Below, in pieces: positions 28,477-38,270 of a stretch of DNA of 64,000 nt. Position numbers and translations under genes: made by a program. Source of the stretch: Oceanispirochaeta sp. Lineage in GTDB: Bacteria > Spirochaetota > Spirochaetia > DSM-2461. Location: positions 1,056,001-1,120,000 of the forward strand of contig CAXXXD010000002.1 in the NCBI GenBank assembly GCA_963663385.2. The letters are read 5' to 3'. Position 1 is the first letter of the stretch. Every line of letters begins with the position of its first letter. The notes under the pieces were generated by a model. It saw nothing but the letters and a program-made list of their open reading frames with translations. It did no database searches and was not told the DNA's origin.

Positions 28477-29823
28477 TCAGTAAAAAAGGCTGGTGGAGAG
28501 GAGGAATTCAAAACGGTCGTCTTCCGGGCTGGGGACAAGAAGATCCCAGCCGAATGTTGTTCTTACCTGAATACTGGTCAGTTTGTCAAAGAAAAAGAGG
28601 AAACTGAATCCTGTTGACATCCTGAAATCCTGATCTGCTGAGAAGCTTTCTCTCTCCCGTTTACTTAAACCGAAATCCATAAAAGGTTCCCATTGCAGTT
28701 CAAACAAATTGTCCCAGTCCAGAGTTTTAAGTGCAGCGGCGCTGTTCAGAACAAAACAGGAATTCCCATAGAAGTTTTCATCCGGAACTCCCCGCATATA
28801 AATTCCGAGTCCGGATTTTTCTTCATTATAGCTGGTGGCCAGAACACTTCTGAAATTCACCCCCAGCTGCCTGTGGAGACTATGGTACCAGGCTGTTTCT
28901 ATATAGCTGAATCCTTTCATTTCTTCTTCTCTGAAACTGTAGCGGAACAATACCCCCAGATCACAATTTATGCCTTCCCGGAAATTCCCGTGCCAGTCAT
29001 AGGGGTCGTACACCAGATTCTGTACCAGCCCGAAAGAAAATGGTTCTTCCCGGGGAGGATCGCCATGATCTCCCAGACTGTTTTTGTAGGAGTACCGCAT
29101 ATTGGCTATGGGAGCAATTGTATAGGTAAGGTTCTTGTTAAGGGGAAAATCCGTTCCAAAACTCAGGATGGTTTCGTTATAGCTGTAGTTCTCCACAGTC
29201 TTTTCCGTATTGGTTTTGATCTCCCTGTTATGCTGCTGTATCCACTGAAATCCGTAGGTCCTGTTTCCCAGGTGAATATTTTCCAGGGTCGTATCCACCT
29301 GCCAGAGACCGGTATCCACTCCCTCTATATCCTCTTCCGGAGAAACCTGGATATAACTGTCAATTTCAAATTCCATGAGGGTTCCGAAAAAATTGGAGTA
29401 AAGGATCTTGGATTCCATGGTAAGATCCGTGTTTGTATCGTATTTAGGGTAAACAAGGGGGACAAAGGTCCAGGAATCCTCTAGAAATATGGTAAGACTG
29501 TAGGAGCGGTATGTTTCCGATTCTTCCAGCAAAGCCTTTTCTGTCCGGACAGAAGAGTAGAGCCGCAGGTTGAGCAGATCCTGTTCGATACGGGCTATGG
29601 CATTGTCCATCTCTTCCAGACTGCGGTAAGTCAGAATATCCGGAAGGTTAAGTTCTTTTTCCAGTGCCCATGGACGGCTCATTCCGTTAATACTGTAAAT
29701 CCGCTTCGATATTGAATAACTCTGTTTTCTGCTAATCGTTCCAGAAGATTCTGCAGAAAGGGTGGAGAAAAAAACTGCTACTATCAGGAAACAGAGTATT
29801 TTTTGAATAAATCGTGAAAACAG
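28477..29823 (-). CDS. Omp85/TamA-like outer-membrane protein, probable non-AUG start
   Basis: POTRA-like segment then beta strands, MRGV motif, terminal aromatic; the frame stays open 47 codons upstream of ATG 29682 and encodes a signal peptide. Confidence 0.65.
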   Translation of the reverse strand: MFSRFIQKILCFLIVAVFFSTLSAESSGTISRKQSYSISKRIYSINGMSRPWALEKELNLPDILTYRSLEEMDNAIARIEQDLLNLRLYSSVRTEKALLEESETYRSYSLTIFLEDSWTFVPLVYPKYDTNTDLTMESKILYSNFFGTLMEFEIDSYIQVSPEEDIEGVDTGLWQVDTTLENIHLGNRTYGFQWIQQHNREIKTNTEKTVENYSYNETILSFGTDFPLNKNLTYTIAPIANMRYSYKNSLGDHGDPPREEPFSFGLVQNLVYDPYDWHGNFREGINCDLGVLFRYSFREEEMKGFSYIETAWYHSLHRQLGVNFRSVLATSYNEEKSGLGIYMRGVPDENFYGNSCFVLNSAAALKTLDWDNLFELQWEPFMDFGLSKRERESFSADQDFRMSTGFSFLFFFDKLTSIQVRTTFGWDLLVPSPEDDRFEFLLSTSLFY

Positions 29824-29901
29824 AGAGGAACCGCCTGTATTTTATTATTCCTTTATTGTATCTCCAAAACGGGAAAAATCAACATGGGTTCTGTCATTAT
29901 T

Positions 29902-30663
29902 TTATGAAAACTGCTTATTATCACCGGATGAGCGGATAATTCTGTCCCAGTCATAGAGCGGGACAAATTCTTCTCCCGGTTTGAGTACCTGAAAATCCTC
30001 TTCCGGCCAGTTTCCGAAAAGCAGATTTTCTATCAGGCGGATACTGCCTTTCTGTTCCGTATAGGTATAGCCCTCCGTTTCGGACTCTTCCCGGCACTTT
30101 TTCCTGAAGACCGGGAGATCGGTTTCAGGGACATTAATAAAATAAAGCTCTTTACAGCTGCTCTGTTCAGTTTCTTTAATGGTTTCCATTATATAACGGG
30201 CATTCTCTTCTCCGTACAGCTCTACATAGTCCTGATATGTCCTGTTCAGTCCCATAGCCGCACCTACAGTTGATTCATGGAGGTAGGATTCGCCCCTCTC
30301 CATATAGCCGGCAGAAGAAAAAGGCCGGCTCGGGTTATCACTGAAAAGTTCCCTGAACCGCTCCTTTGAGCCCAGAAAAAGGGTACAGCAATCGTGGGCC
30401 CTGGGAAGGACCAGAGGGTAGCGGGAAGAACTCAGACCGGCCGTTCCATTGCCGCATAACCCGTATCCCAGAAGAATAGCATCGTATTCCGTATAGGATT
30501 CTTCTGCTTTTCGAATCTCTTCGGTAATGGTTTTTCTCAGAAGGTCTCCCGATTCATGAGCTCCCTTCGGGGTAAATACCATATCAATGGTGTGGGGAGA
30601 CCGCGCCACGCACCAGCTAATTTCACGGATCAGGACTTCGCAGGCAATCAGTTTCAGTTTCAT
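29902..30663 (-). CDS. DUF1638-family protein
   Basis: LIACEV, GYGLCGNG, HDCCTLFLGS motifs. Confidence 0.8.
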   Translation of the reverse strand: MKLKLIACEVLIREISWCVARSPHTIDMVFTPKGAHESGDLLRKTITEEIRKAEESYTEYDAILLGYGLCGNGTAGLSSSRYPLVLPRAHDCCTLFLGSKERFRELFSDNPSRPFSSAGYMERGESYLHESTVGAAMGLNRTYQDYVELYGEENARYIMETIKETEQSSCKELYFINVPETDLPVFRKKCREESETEGYTYTEQKGSIRLIENLLFGNWPEEDFQVLKPGEEFVPLYDWDRIIRSSGDNKQFS

Positions 30664-30760
30664 AGGACAAGTATAATTCGAATCAGTTCTTCGGCATTGT
30701 GATTTTTTTCTGTTTTTATAAAGAAGTGTAATAATTCAGCTGTTATCACTACTTTATCCA

Positions 30761-30856
30761 GACCCACTCCTTCTCCCCCAAGAGGAGAAACGACCGGAGA
30801 GTTATACCCTTCCCCGGATACAAGCGGAGTCGAGGGTGGAGGGGGCGGGGGAGGTC
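30761..30856. repeat. Family A element with nested family B unit
   Basis: GACCCACTCCTTCTCCCC...GGAGGGGGCGGGGGAGGTC; internal AAGCGGAGTCGAGG. Confidence 0.7.
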
Positions 30857-30883
30857 TTCCCCCTTACAGCCTGATGCGGTACT

Positions 30884-31552
30884 ATGAAACCCATGAAACT
30901 TACAGTGATCCATGCGGGGACCGTCCCCTACGAAGAAGCTTTTAAATGGCAGTACGAACTGGTTGAAAAAAGGCGGAACGGGCAGATTAACGATACCCTT
31001 ATTCTCCTTGAGCATCCTCCCGTTCTGACTACAGGGCGGCGGGATCAGGCCCATAATATTCTGATTGACGCTGAAAAAAGCGGGATTCCCGTAATTAAAA
31101 CCAACCGGGGCGGGGAAGTTACCTATCACGGACCGGGGCAGATGGTCGGTTATATGATTGTCGATCTTTCCCAGTTCTCCCGCAGGGTAAAGCAGTTTGT
31201 ACATAACCTGGAAGAGGTTTTTGTCGAAGTTCTGGAGACGCACTATGGAATACGGGCTGACCGGCACGACAAACACAGGGGCGTCTGGGTGGGAGATAAC
31301 AAGATTACCGCCATAGGGCTTGCCATTGAGAGAGAAATTACCATGCATGGCTTTGCCTTCAATATCAATACGGATCTGAGTCATTTCAACTGGATTGTCC
31401 CCTGCGGGATAACTGAGGAGGGCAAAGGTGTAATTTCTCTGGAAAAAATCACCGGAAAAACCTGGCCCATGGAAGACCTGAACCGTCAGGTGGCGGAAGC
31501 CTATGCCCGGGTTTACAACTATGATGAAGTGGAGATTCAATATGGCCGATAG
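30884..31552 (+). CDS. lipB: Octanoyltransferase
   Basis: [31 protein letters not shown]. Confidence 0.96.
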   Translation: MKPMKLTVIHAGTVPYEEAFKWQYELVEKRRNGQINDTLILLEHPPVLTTGRRDQAHNILIDAEKSGIPVIKTNRGGEVTYHGPGQMVGYMIVDLSQFSRRVKQFVHNLEEVFVEVLETHYGIRADRHDKHRGVWVGDNKITAIGLAIEREITMHGFAFNINTDLSHFNWIVPCGITEEGKGVISLEKITGKTWPMEDLNRQVAEAYARVYNYDEVEIQYGR

Positions 31553-32414
31553 TACATACCTCAGAAAGCCGGAGTGGCTGAAAATCCCCGTCCGGAAGGG
31601 TGATAAAATGCATTTTGTGGAGGACCTTTTAAAACAGACGTCCCTGCATACGGTTTGTCAGGAGGCAAACTGTCCCAACAGGATGGAGTGTTTCAGTAAA
31701 AAAACTGCAACTTTTATGATTCTGGGCAGAATCTGTTCCAGGGGCTGCCGTTTCTGCAATGTGACAGGCGGGAAGCCGACACCTGTGGATCAGGAAGAGC
31801 CTAAGAAAGTAGCCGAAGCCATCAAGGCATTGGGCCTGAAGTTTGCGGTAATCACGTCTGTGACACGGGATGATCTGGAAGACGGCGGTTCCGCCATATT
31901 TGCCGAACTGATCCGGGAAGTGCACAGGCTGGACCCCCCTGTAGGGGTAGAGGTCCTGATACCCGACTTTCAGGGTCGCCGGGAAGATCTTCAGAGAGTG
32001 GTGGAAGCGAAGCCCGAGATTATCAATCACAATGTGGAAACCGTTCCGGCCCTCTATTCCGAAGTCCGTCCGGAAGCAGAGTACAACCGCTCCCTGGAGC
32101 TCCTTTCCCGGGTGAAGGTAATGGACCCCTCCATCAGAACCAAATCGGGTATGATGCTTGGTCTTGGGGAAACAAAAGAACAGGTTCTGGGCGTCCTGAG
32201 GGATCTGAGAGCCATGGACTGCGACTTTCTGACCATAGGGCAGTATCTGCAGCCTTCCCGGGAGCACCTGCCGGTTAAAGAGTATATTCACCCCGATGAG
32301 TTTGCCTTCTATGAGAAAGAAGCTTTGAAGATGGGATTCAAGGCTGCCGCCTGTGCTCCCTTTGTCAGGAGTTCCTATAATGCGGCGGAGATGCTGGCGT
32401 CTCTGAAGGATTAA
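31542..32414 (+). CDS. lipA: Lipoyl synthase
   Basis: [25 protein letters not shown]; start at ATG 31542. Confidence 0.97.
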   Translation: MADSTYLRKPEWLKIPVRKGDKMHFVEDLLKQTSLHTVCQEANCPNRMECFSKKTATFMILGRICSRGCRFCNVTGGKPTPVDQEEPKKVAEAIKALGLKFAVITSVTRDDLEDGGSAIFAELIREVHRLDPPVGVEVLIPDFQGRREDLQRVVEAKPEIINHNVETVPALYSEVRPEAEYNRSLELLSRVKVMDPSIRTKSGMMLGLGETKEQVLGVLRDLRAMDCDFLTIGQYLQPSREHLPVKEYIHPDEFAFYEKEALKMGFKAAACAPFVRSSYNAAEMLASLKD

Positions 32415-32493
32415 ACCAGCTTCAAAAAGAACCCGCGGTATAGATTAAAACACAGTTTTTGACATTCTGCGGGTTTTATATCTTTTCATTATA

Positions 32494-32872
32494 TCAGTTA
32501 TTAAGTCCTACAATCTTATAACTTTTCTCAACCAGTTTTTTGGCTTTGTTCAGATCCCGCGCATTGGGATTGGGGCTAGTCATGGGCCAGCCGCCGGCTC
32601 TGCACTCTTTATCGCTGTAAAGGATACTCCACTGGCTGAAGTAGGCGCCGGAATGATTGGGCGCATCGTCAGAAAGCAGGAAGTGACCAAAATAGCTGAT
32701 GCCACTGGTCAGTTCCAGGCCGTCTCTGGTCCGCTTGATCTTACCATACCCTCATTGCAGTCCAGGCCGTCAAGGCGATCGTATTTTTTAAGGTAGGATT
32801 CTGCAAAATCACGGACAGACTGCAGGTCTGCCAGGTCCAGTCTGATAATATCGTAGCTGCCCTTTGTTCTGC
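32494..32872 (-). pseudogene. Short-chain dehydrogenase (retinol-DH-like) remnant
   Basis: LDLADLQSVRDFAESYLKKYDRLDGL.CN.GM, frameshift, RTRDGLELT...YFGHFLL fused directly to SDDAPNHSGAYF; N-terminus and catalytic middle missing. Confidence 0.8.
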
Positions 32873-32874
32873 AG

Positions 32875-33258
32875 AATGAAGCGGCCCGGGATTATTTTGA
32901 ACCGGAAATGCGTAAACGTCTGAATGAACTGGAAAGGGATGCCACCTTTGCCGCCCTGTTCCGCGCGGCTCTTATGGAACTGCTGCCTTTGGGGAAAACG
33001 GGCATTGGTGATACAGCAGAAAAACTCTGTGTCAGCACCCGGCCCCTGCAGCGCCGACTTAAATCGGAAAATACCAGTTATCAGCAGCAGCTGAATCACA
33101 GCCGGGAGCTTCTGGGACGACACTTTCTCAGGACTTCAGACATGAGTATTTCCGAAATAGCCTTTCTGTTGGGATTTGAGGAGCACAGCTCTTTCAGCCG
33201 CGCTTTTCATAACTGGACCGGGGTCTCTCCGGATGCTTTTCGGGCACAGGCCGGGTGA
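32875..33258 (+). pseudogene. Truncated AraC regulator (HTH domain only)
   Basis: ISEIAFLLGFEEHSSFSRAFHNWTGVSP; N-terminal ligand domain absent, abuts the SDR remnant. Confidence 0.75.
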
Positions 33259-33290
33259 AGTTCTGCACTTCTTTAGAAAAGAGTATACTG

Positions 33291-33387
33291 TTTAAGATAT
33301 AACTTGAAAAATAACTGATTCTGAATTTATTTCAGATATAACTGAAATTCTTTTCGATTTATCATCCTTTTTCAGATGTAAGTGTGT
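33291..33387. promoter_or_regulatory. Three related 18-bp palindromic boxes upstream of the ATPase
   Basis: TTTAAG-ATATAA-CTTGAA (33291), TTTCAG-ATATAA-CTGAAA (33330), TTTCAG-ATGTAA-GTGTGT (33370). Confidence 0.55.
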
Positions 33388-33413
33388 TATAATGAAATTG
33401 AAAAGAGGAAAGA

Positions 33414-34625
33414 ATGAAGAATATTATAAGCAGGGATTTATATATTGAAAAAATTGTGCCCTTTTTGGATAAGGATATTATCAAGGTTCTGATTGGAGTT
33501 CGAAGATCCGGAAAATCCGTCCTTCTGGAACTGATAAAGAAGCATCTGATCCAAAATGGTATAGATGAAAAGCAGTTCCTTTCCTATAACTTTGAATCCT
33601 ATCAGACCATAAATTATAGATCCGATTCTGATTTGTATCATGAAATTCAAAAACGCATTGGTGATAGCAGGCCGCGGCATTACCTTTTTCTGGATGAGAT
33701 TCAGGAAGTAACCCGCTGGGAGCGTGTTGTCAATTCATTACGAGTGGATTTTGATGTTGATATTTATCTTACCGGGTCCAATGCTCATTTGTTATCGGGA
33801 GAGTTGGCAACCTATCTTGCCGGTCGATATGTGGAGATTCCTGTTTATCCATTTTCATATAAAGAATTTACAGTACTGGCAGAAAACCTGAAGCTTTCAT
33901 GGAATAAAGAAGAACTGTTTCAGAAATATGTTGTGCTTGGAGGAATGCCTTTTTCCGGGAATCTGGAACTGGAAGAAGGGCCGACTATCCAGTATATGGA
34001 GGATGTTTACAGATCTGTGTTGCTAAAGGATGTTATCGAACGAAATAAAATCAGGGATGTTGATCTGCTTGAGAGAATACTTGTTTACATTATTTCAAAT
34101 ATCGGCAGGACTTTTTCTGCAAAGAGTATTTCTGATTATATCAAAAGTGAGAATCGAAAAGTTGCTTCGGAAACAATCTACAACTATTTAAAAGCTTGTG
34201 AGAATGCCTGTCTACTCTATAAAGTTTCGCGCCAGGATCTGGTTGGAAAAAAGATTCTGAAAGTGCAGGAAAAGATTTTCATAGTTGATCATGGACTCAG
34301 ACAGGCTGTGTATGGAAAGAATCCGCAAAATATCGATCAGGTTCTTGAGAACATTATTTTTATGGAACTCTTACGGAGGGGCTATAGGGTAACGATTGGC
34401 AAGTATAAAGATAATGAGATTGATTTTGTTGCAGAAAAAGGGGACATGAGACAGTATTATCAGGTATGTTATATGCTGGCCTCAGAAAGTGTTATAGAGA
34501 GAGAATTTTCTGTTCTGGAAAATATAAAAGATAATTTCCCTAAATATGTTCTTAGTCTTGATACATTCAATTTCAGCAGGCAGGGGATCGAGCATATTAA
34601 CATAAAGGATTTCTTACTGGGTTAA
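33414..34625 (+). CDS. AAA+ ATPase with DUF4143 C-terminal domain
   Basis: GVRRSGKS, LFLDEIQ, LTGSNA, GGMP, EIDFVAE...QVC; visibly AT-richer than its neighbours. Confidence 0.9.
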   Translation: MKNIISRDLYIEKIVPFLDKDIIKVLIGVRRSGKSVLLELIKKHLIQNGIDEKQFLSYNFESYQTINYRSDSDLYHEIQKRIGDSRPRHYLFLDEIQEVTRWERVVNSLRVDFDVDIYLTGSNAHLLSGELATYLAGRYVEIPVYPFSYKEFTVLAENLKLSWNKEELFQKYVVLGGMPFSGNLELEEGPTIQYMEDVYRSVLLKDVIERNKIRDVDLLERILVYIISNIGRTFSAKSISDYIKSENRKVASETIYNYLKACENACLLYKVSRQDLVGKKILKVQEKIFIVDHGLRQAVYGKNPQNIDQVLENIIFMELLRRGYRVTIGKYKDNEIDFVAEKGDMRQYYQVCYMLASESVIEREFSVLENIKDNFPKYVLSLDTFNFSRQGIEHINIKDFLLG

Positions 34626-35635
34626 TCTTCCTCCTTCAGATACTCCTGATACTTCTTATACAGTCCGCGGAACTGGTCGTAGGTCAGACCAAGGCCTTCA
34701 GCGGCTTTTTTCTGGCTGAACCGGGACTCCTCCAGAGCCCTTTTAATAAAGGTGAGTTCCGTCTTCATCATATACTCTCTGTACTGGTCCAGTGAAACAT
34801 AGTCCAGGGGATCATCGGCCGTTTTCTCCGGCGCTCTTCCGTTGTCTTCCTTCAGATAGGGATTGGTAAAGGGGTTCAGATCAATGGTCTCAATAATTCC
34901 GTTCTCCGAACGGTAAACGGCCCGTTCCACCACATTCTTCAGTTCCCGCACATTCCCGGGCCAGCGATACTCCTCCAGCTGACTTATAACTTTTTCCGTA
35001 AAAACAGGCAGATCCGGCTGACCGGTTTCCCGGCTCATACGCATGGCAAAATGATTGGCCAGCACCATAATATCAGAGCTTCTGAACCGGAGGGGAGGAA
35101 GGTAGAGCACTTCAAAGGAGAGCCGGTCCAGCAGGTCTTCCTTGAATTTCCCCTGACGGCAGAGTTCCGGCAGGTCCGCGTTTGTGGCGCCGATAATCCG
35201 GACATCAACTTCCTGTTCCTGAGAACTGCCAACCCGTGTAAACCGGCCGTATTCCACGGTCCGTAGGATTTTCTCCTGGACCTCCATGGGGACCAGGCCT
35301 ATTTCATCCAGAAACAGGGTGCCTCCGTGAGCTTCTTCAAAGCGGCCTTTCCGCATTTTGGAGGCACCTGTAAAAGAACCGGATTCATGTCCGAAAAGTT
35401 CCGACTCCAGAAGCGACGGGGGAAGGGCGGCACAGTTCACAGGGATATAGGGCTCCTTCCAGCGGGAGGACAGATAGTGAAGCCTGGCGGCGGCCAGTTC
35501 CTTACCGGTTCCCCGTTCTCCGATCAGGAGTACGGAACGGTCCACCCGGGCAGCGTGGCTGAGTTTCTGCTGGAAGTCCAGAAAGACTTCTGATTCTCCC
35601 AGAGCTTCTCCGGGTAGTTTACGGTTTTCAGTCAT
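34622..35635 (-). CDS. pspF: Phage shock sigma54 activator
   Basis: GERGTGKE, GSFTGA, FLDE, WPGNVREL, LTYDQFRGL HTH; no N-terminal regulatory domain; divergent from pspA. Confidence 0.92.
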   Translation of the reverse strand: MTENRKLPGEALGESEVFLDFQQKLSHAARVDRSVLLIGERGTGKELAAARLHYLSSRWKEPYIPVNCAALPPSLLESELFGHESGSFTGASKMRKGRFEEAHGGTLFLDEIGLVPMEVQEKILRTVEYGRFTRVGSSQEQEVDVRIIGATNADLPELCRQGKFKEDLLDRLSFEVLYLPPLRFRSSDIMVLANHFAMRMSRETGQPDLPVFTEKVISQLEEYRWPGNVRELKNVVERAVYRSENGIIETIDLNPFTNPYLKEDNGRAPEKTADDPLDYVSLDQYREYMMKTELTFIKRALEESRFSQKKAAEGLGLTYDQFRGLYKKYQEYLKEED

Positions 35636-35654
35636 AGGCTTATTATACTGAAGA

Positions 35655-35671
35655 ATGGTGAAGTTTGCCAA
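35655..35671. promoter_or_regulatory. Putative PspF upstream activating sequence
   Basis: ATGGTGAAGTTTGCCAA, an imperfect palindrome resembling the enterobacterial PspF UAS as recalled. Confidence 0.55.
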
Positions 35672-35743
35672 ATTATTTTTTTATCTGATGAATCGTCCTG
35701 TTGTAAACCCTGTATAGGCAGATTTTCGGGATGTAACACAATT

Positions 35744-35759
35744 TGGCATGCTCTTTGTT
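35744..35759 (+). promoter_or_regulatory. sigma54 -24/-12 promoter of pspABC
   Basis: TGGCATGCTCTTTGTT with correct GG to G[C/T] spacing. Confidence 0.75.
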
Positions 35760-35804
35760 ATATATGTTAGCAGATCAAAATGAATGAAAAGCTAGGAGGC
35801 TTGT

Positions 35805-36479
35805 ATGAGTATATTTTCGAGATTCAGGGATATTGTGAATTCCAATATAAACGATCTGCTGGATAAGGTGGAAGAACCGGAAAAAATGATCCGTTTAATG
35901 ATACAGGAGATGGAAGATACCCTGGTGGAACTGAAATCATCCTGTGCCGGGAAGATGGCTTCACGTGCGGAAGTTTCCCGTGAGAAGGAATTCAACGAGA
36001 AGAAACTGGAACGATGGGAAGGAAGAGCCCGTCTGGCCCTTGAAAAAAACAGAGAAGATCTGGCCCGGGAAGCTCTGCTGGAAAAGAAGAGCTGTCTGAA
36101 TCAGATTGATCTTCTGGACAAGGATCTGGTGCACTTTGAAAAGCTCATTGACGAGTGCAAATCCAATATTCTACAATTGGAACAGAAGCTGGAAGAAGTT
36201 CGGCAGAAGCATAAACTCCTGATACAGAGGAGCCGCCATGCGGCCGAGACCAAACAGGCCCGCAGTGTCATCCGGGAAGCATCCGGGACAGACGCTTTTA
36301 TGCGTTTTAACGAACTGGAAAAGAAGGTGGAACGGATGGAAGCTGAAGCGGACCTGTCCAATATCGGCATGAGCAGCAATGCAGGTATTGAACATGAGTT
36401 TGATAAGCTGGAATCCGAATCCGAGATTGATGACGAACTGGAAGCTTTAAAGAAATCCATGAAGAAGGGTAAAGAATAG
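35805..36479 (+). CDS. pspA: Phage shock protein A
   Basis: MSIFSRFRDIVNSNINDLLDKVEEPEKMIRLMIQEMEDTLVE; coiled coil. Confidence 0.95.
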   Translation: MSIFSRFRDIVNSNINDLLDKVEEPEKMIRLMIQEMEDTLVELKSSCAGKMASRAEVSREKEFNEKKLERWEGRARLALEKNREDLAREALLEKKSCLNQIDLLDKDLVHFEKLIDECKSNILQLEQKLEEVRQKHKLLIQRSRHAAETKQARSVIREASGTDAFMRFNELEKKVERMEAEADLSNIGMSSNAGIEHEFDKLESESEIDDELEALKKSMKKGKE

Positions 36480-36482
36480 AAG

Positions 36483-36725
36483 ATGAATCCGATGATGACG
36501 CCTGTCTATATTGTAGCAATTGTAGTTGGAATCCCTGTGATCAGCGGCACTATAACCAAGATTATGAAAATTCACTATGCAAACCGCGATAGGGAGAGGG
36601 AATCCAGCCGGGATAAAGAAGTTGAAGCCCTAAGAGAGATTCAGGCCGGTCTGAAGGATCTGAGAGGGAGAGTGGAAAACCTGGAAACCATTCTCCTTGA
36701 CCTTGATAACAGGAGAGAGAGATGA
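36483..36725 (+). CDS. pspB: PspB-like membrane protein
   Basis: One TM plus RVENLETIL; position between pspA and pspC. Confidence 0.7.
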   Translation: MNPMMTPVYIVAIVVGIPVISGTITKIMKIHYANRDRERESSRDKEVEALREIQAGLKDLRGRVENLETILLDLDNRRER

Positions 36726-37090
36726 TGGCATATGCAAGAAAAAGATTGTATCGATCGCGGAATGGAAAAATTTTCGGGGTCTGCCAGGGGATTGCCGACT
36801 GGCGGGACCTCCGGGTTGAATATATACGGATAATTCTTATTATGGCTTTTATCTTTACCGGTTTTTTTCCGGTGGGGGTACTGTATTTTCTGGCTGCCCT
36901 GATTATACCCATGGAGCCTGAAGGGTATCATACCCGTAGTGACCGCTCAGAATGGATGGGCGAGAAAAGCCGTATGTATGACAATGTCCGGGAGGATTTC
37001 AGGGACCTGAAAGACCGGATCAGGAATATGGAAGAACGGGTTTTCGACAAAGAGAAAGACTGGGAGGATCGTTTCAAACGCGGCCGGTAG
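36722..37090 (+). CDS. pspC: PspC domain protein
   Basis: LYRSRNGKIFGVCQGIADW. Confidence 0.9.
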   Translation: MMAYARKRLYRSRNGKIFGVCQGIADWRDLRVEYIRIILIMAFIFTGFFPVGVLYFLAALIIPMEPEGYHTRSDRSEWMGEKSRMYDNVREDFRDLKDRIRNMEERVFDKEKDWEDRFKRGR

Positions 37091-37100
37091 TCTCAAACCA

Positions 37101-37181
37101 ACCCACACCCCTCATACCCCTCTCCTCCGGATGCATAGGCGAGTAGGAAGCTTGTTTCCGACCAGCCCGAAAGGAGAGGGG
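37101..37181. repeat. Family A palindrome with nested family C unit
   Basis: CCCCTCTCCT...AGGAGAGGGG enclosing CCGGATGCATAGGCGAGTAGGAAGCTTGTTTCCGACCAGCCCG. Confidence 0.7.
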
Positions 37182-37222
37182 AAGATCTTTTCCTTAAATA
37201 AAAAATCTTTTATTCTTAACTT

Positions 37223-37639
37223 ATGAATCGCGAAGATCTTATAAAGGAAATTGAAGAGAAAGGCTGTTTCTCCTTTGCCCGCTCAGGCGGACCGGGCGGG
37301 CAGAATGTGAACAAGGTTAATACAAAAGTACTTTTAACCCTGTCTCCTGAACAACTCAGTCTGAATGAAAATCAGATCGAGCTGGTCAGGCAGAAGCTGA
37401 AGGGACGGGTAAACTGCAGGGGGGAGCTGTTTATTCAAATGCAGCAGGAACGCTCCCAGCTGATGAATCGCCAACTGGCTGCCGAAATGCTGGCCGATCT
37501 GATAATCAGAAGCCTTCATAAGCCCCGGGCCAGAAAGAAAACCAAACCGTCCAGAGCCTCTGTTCAGCGTCGTCTTGATACCAAGAAAAGACACTCGGAC
37601 AAAAAAAAATCCCGCAGCTCCTTCTCCGGGATGGAGTAG
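37223..37639 (+). CDS. arfB: Alternative ribosome rescue peptidyl-tRNA hydrolase
   Basis: RSGGPGGQNVNKV, RSQLMNR, basic C-terminal tail. Confidence 0.92.
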   Translation: MNREDLIKEIEEKGCFSFARSGGPGGQNVNKVNTKVLLTLSPEQLSLNENQIELVRQKLKGRVNCRGELFIQMQQERSQLMNRQLAAEMLADLIIRSLHKPRARKKTKPSRASVQRRLDTKKRHSDKKKSRSSFSGME

Positions 37640-37675
37640 GCTGCGGGATCCCTCCTGTTATTAAATAAAGAAGAA

Positions 37676-38155
37676 CTATTCCATTCCCTCGAATACATTG
37701 TCGAGGTGGCTGAAATCCTTACCGTTTGCTTCCAGTGATACCAGGTTTTCACCGGAAGATTCGATTTTTAGGGTCTTGATATTTCCACCTTTGAGATTAA
37801 CATCTAAAAGCAGGTCTCCTGCTTCGTTGACATCAATATCACCGCTTATCATTTCAAATGAAAAAACAGGTTTTTCTCCTTCAGGCATCTGACTCATCAT
37901 ATCAGCCATGGACAGAACAAAAGGCTCCACTTCAAAACTGTCAAAGACGACTGCCGACTTTCCTGTCTCCATATCCATATTGACTTCGGCTCCCTCGGGA
38001 GTTGTGCCGAACATGGACGACATGAAGACCATACCGAACAGGGATAGAACCGCTATTGTCGTTTCTGTGACTTCCGCATCGGTAGGCCCTTTGGCAAACA
38101 GGGAAGCCGGGATCAGAAGTGACAGGATCACTGCGATCAGTAAAAATTTCCTCAT
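37676..38155 (-). CDS. Hypothetical exported protein
   Basis: Signal peptide, AAGGAG RBS. Confidence 0.7.
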   Translation of the reverse strand: MRKFLLIAVILSLLIPASLFAKGPTDAEVTETTIAVLSLFGMVFMSSMFGTTPEGAEVNMDMETGKSAVVFDSFEVEPFVLSMADMMSQMPEGEKPVFSFEMISGDIDVNEAGDLLLDVNLKGGNIKTLKIESSGENLVSLEANGKDFSHLDNVFEGME

Positions 38156-38270
38156 ATTTTTTCTCCTTAATCTAGTGTAATAGGCAAATATTCTCCTGGT
38201 TTGCTAAAAAAGAGAGATCCTGCCACTACTTTAATCATATGAGAAAAGCAGCGGACATTCGAATCCTTTT

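Noticed and set aside
33291..33387. Possible mini-CRISPR
   Set aside because: Units are 18 bp, degenerate, 39-40 nt apart, with no cas genes; operator-like
35636..35671. TTG start for pspF at 35671
   Set aside because: Overlaps the UAS-like palindrome; ATG 35635 fits PspF length better
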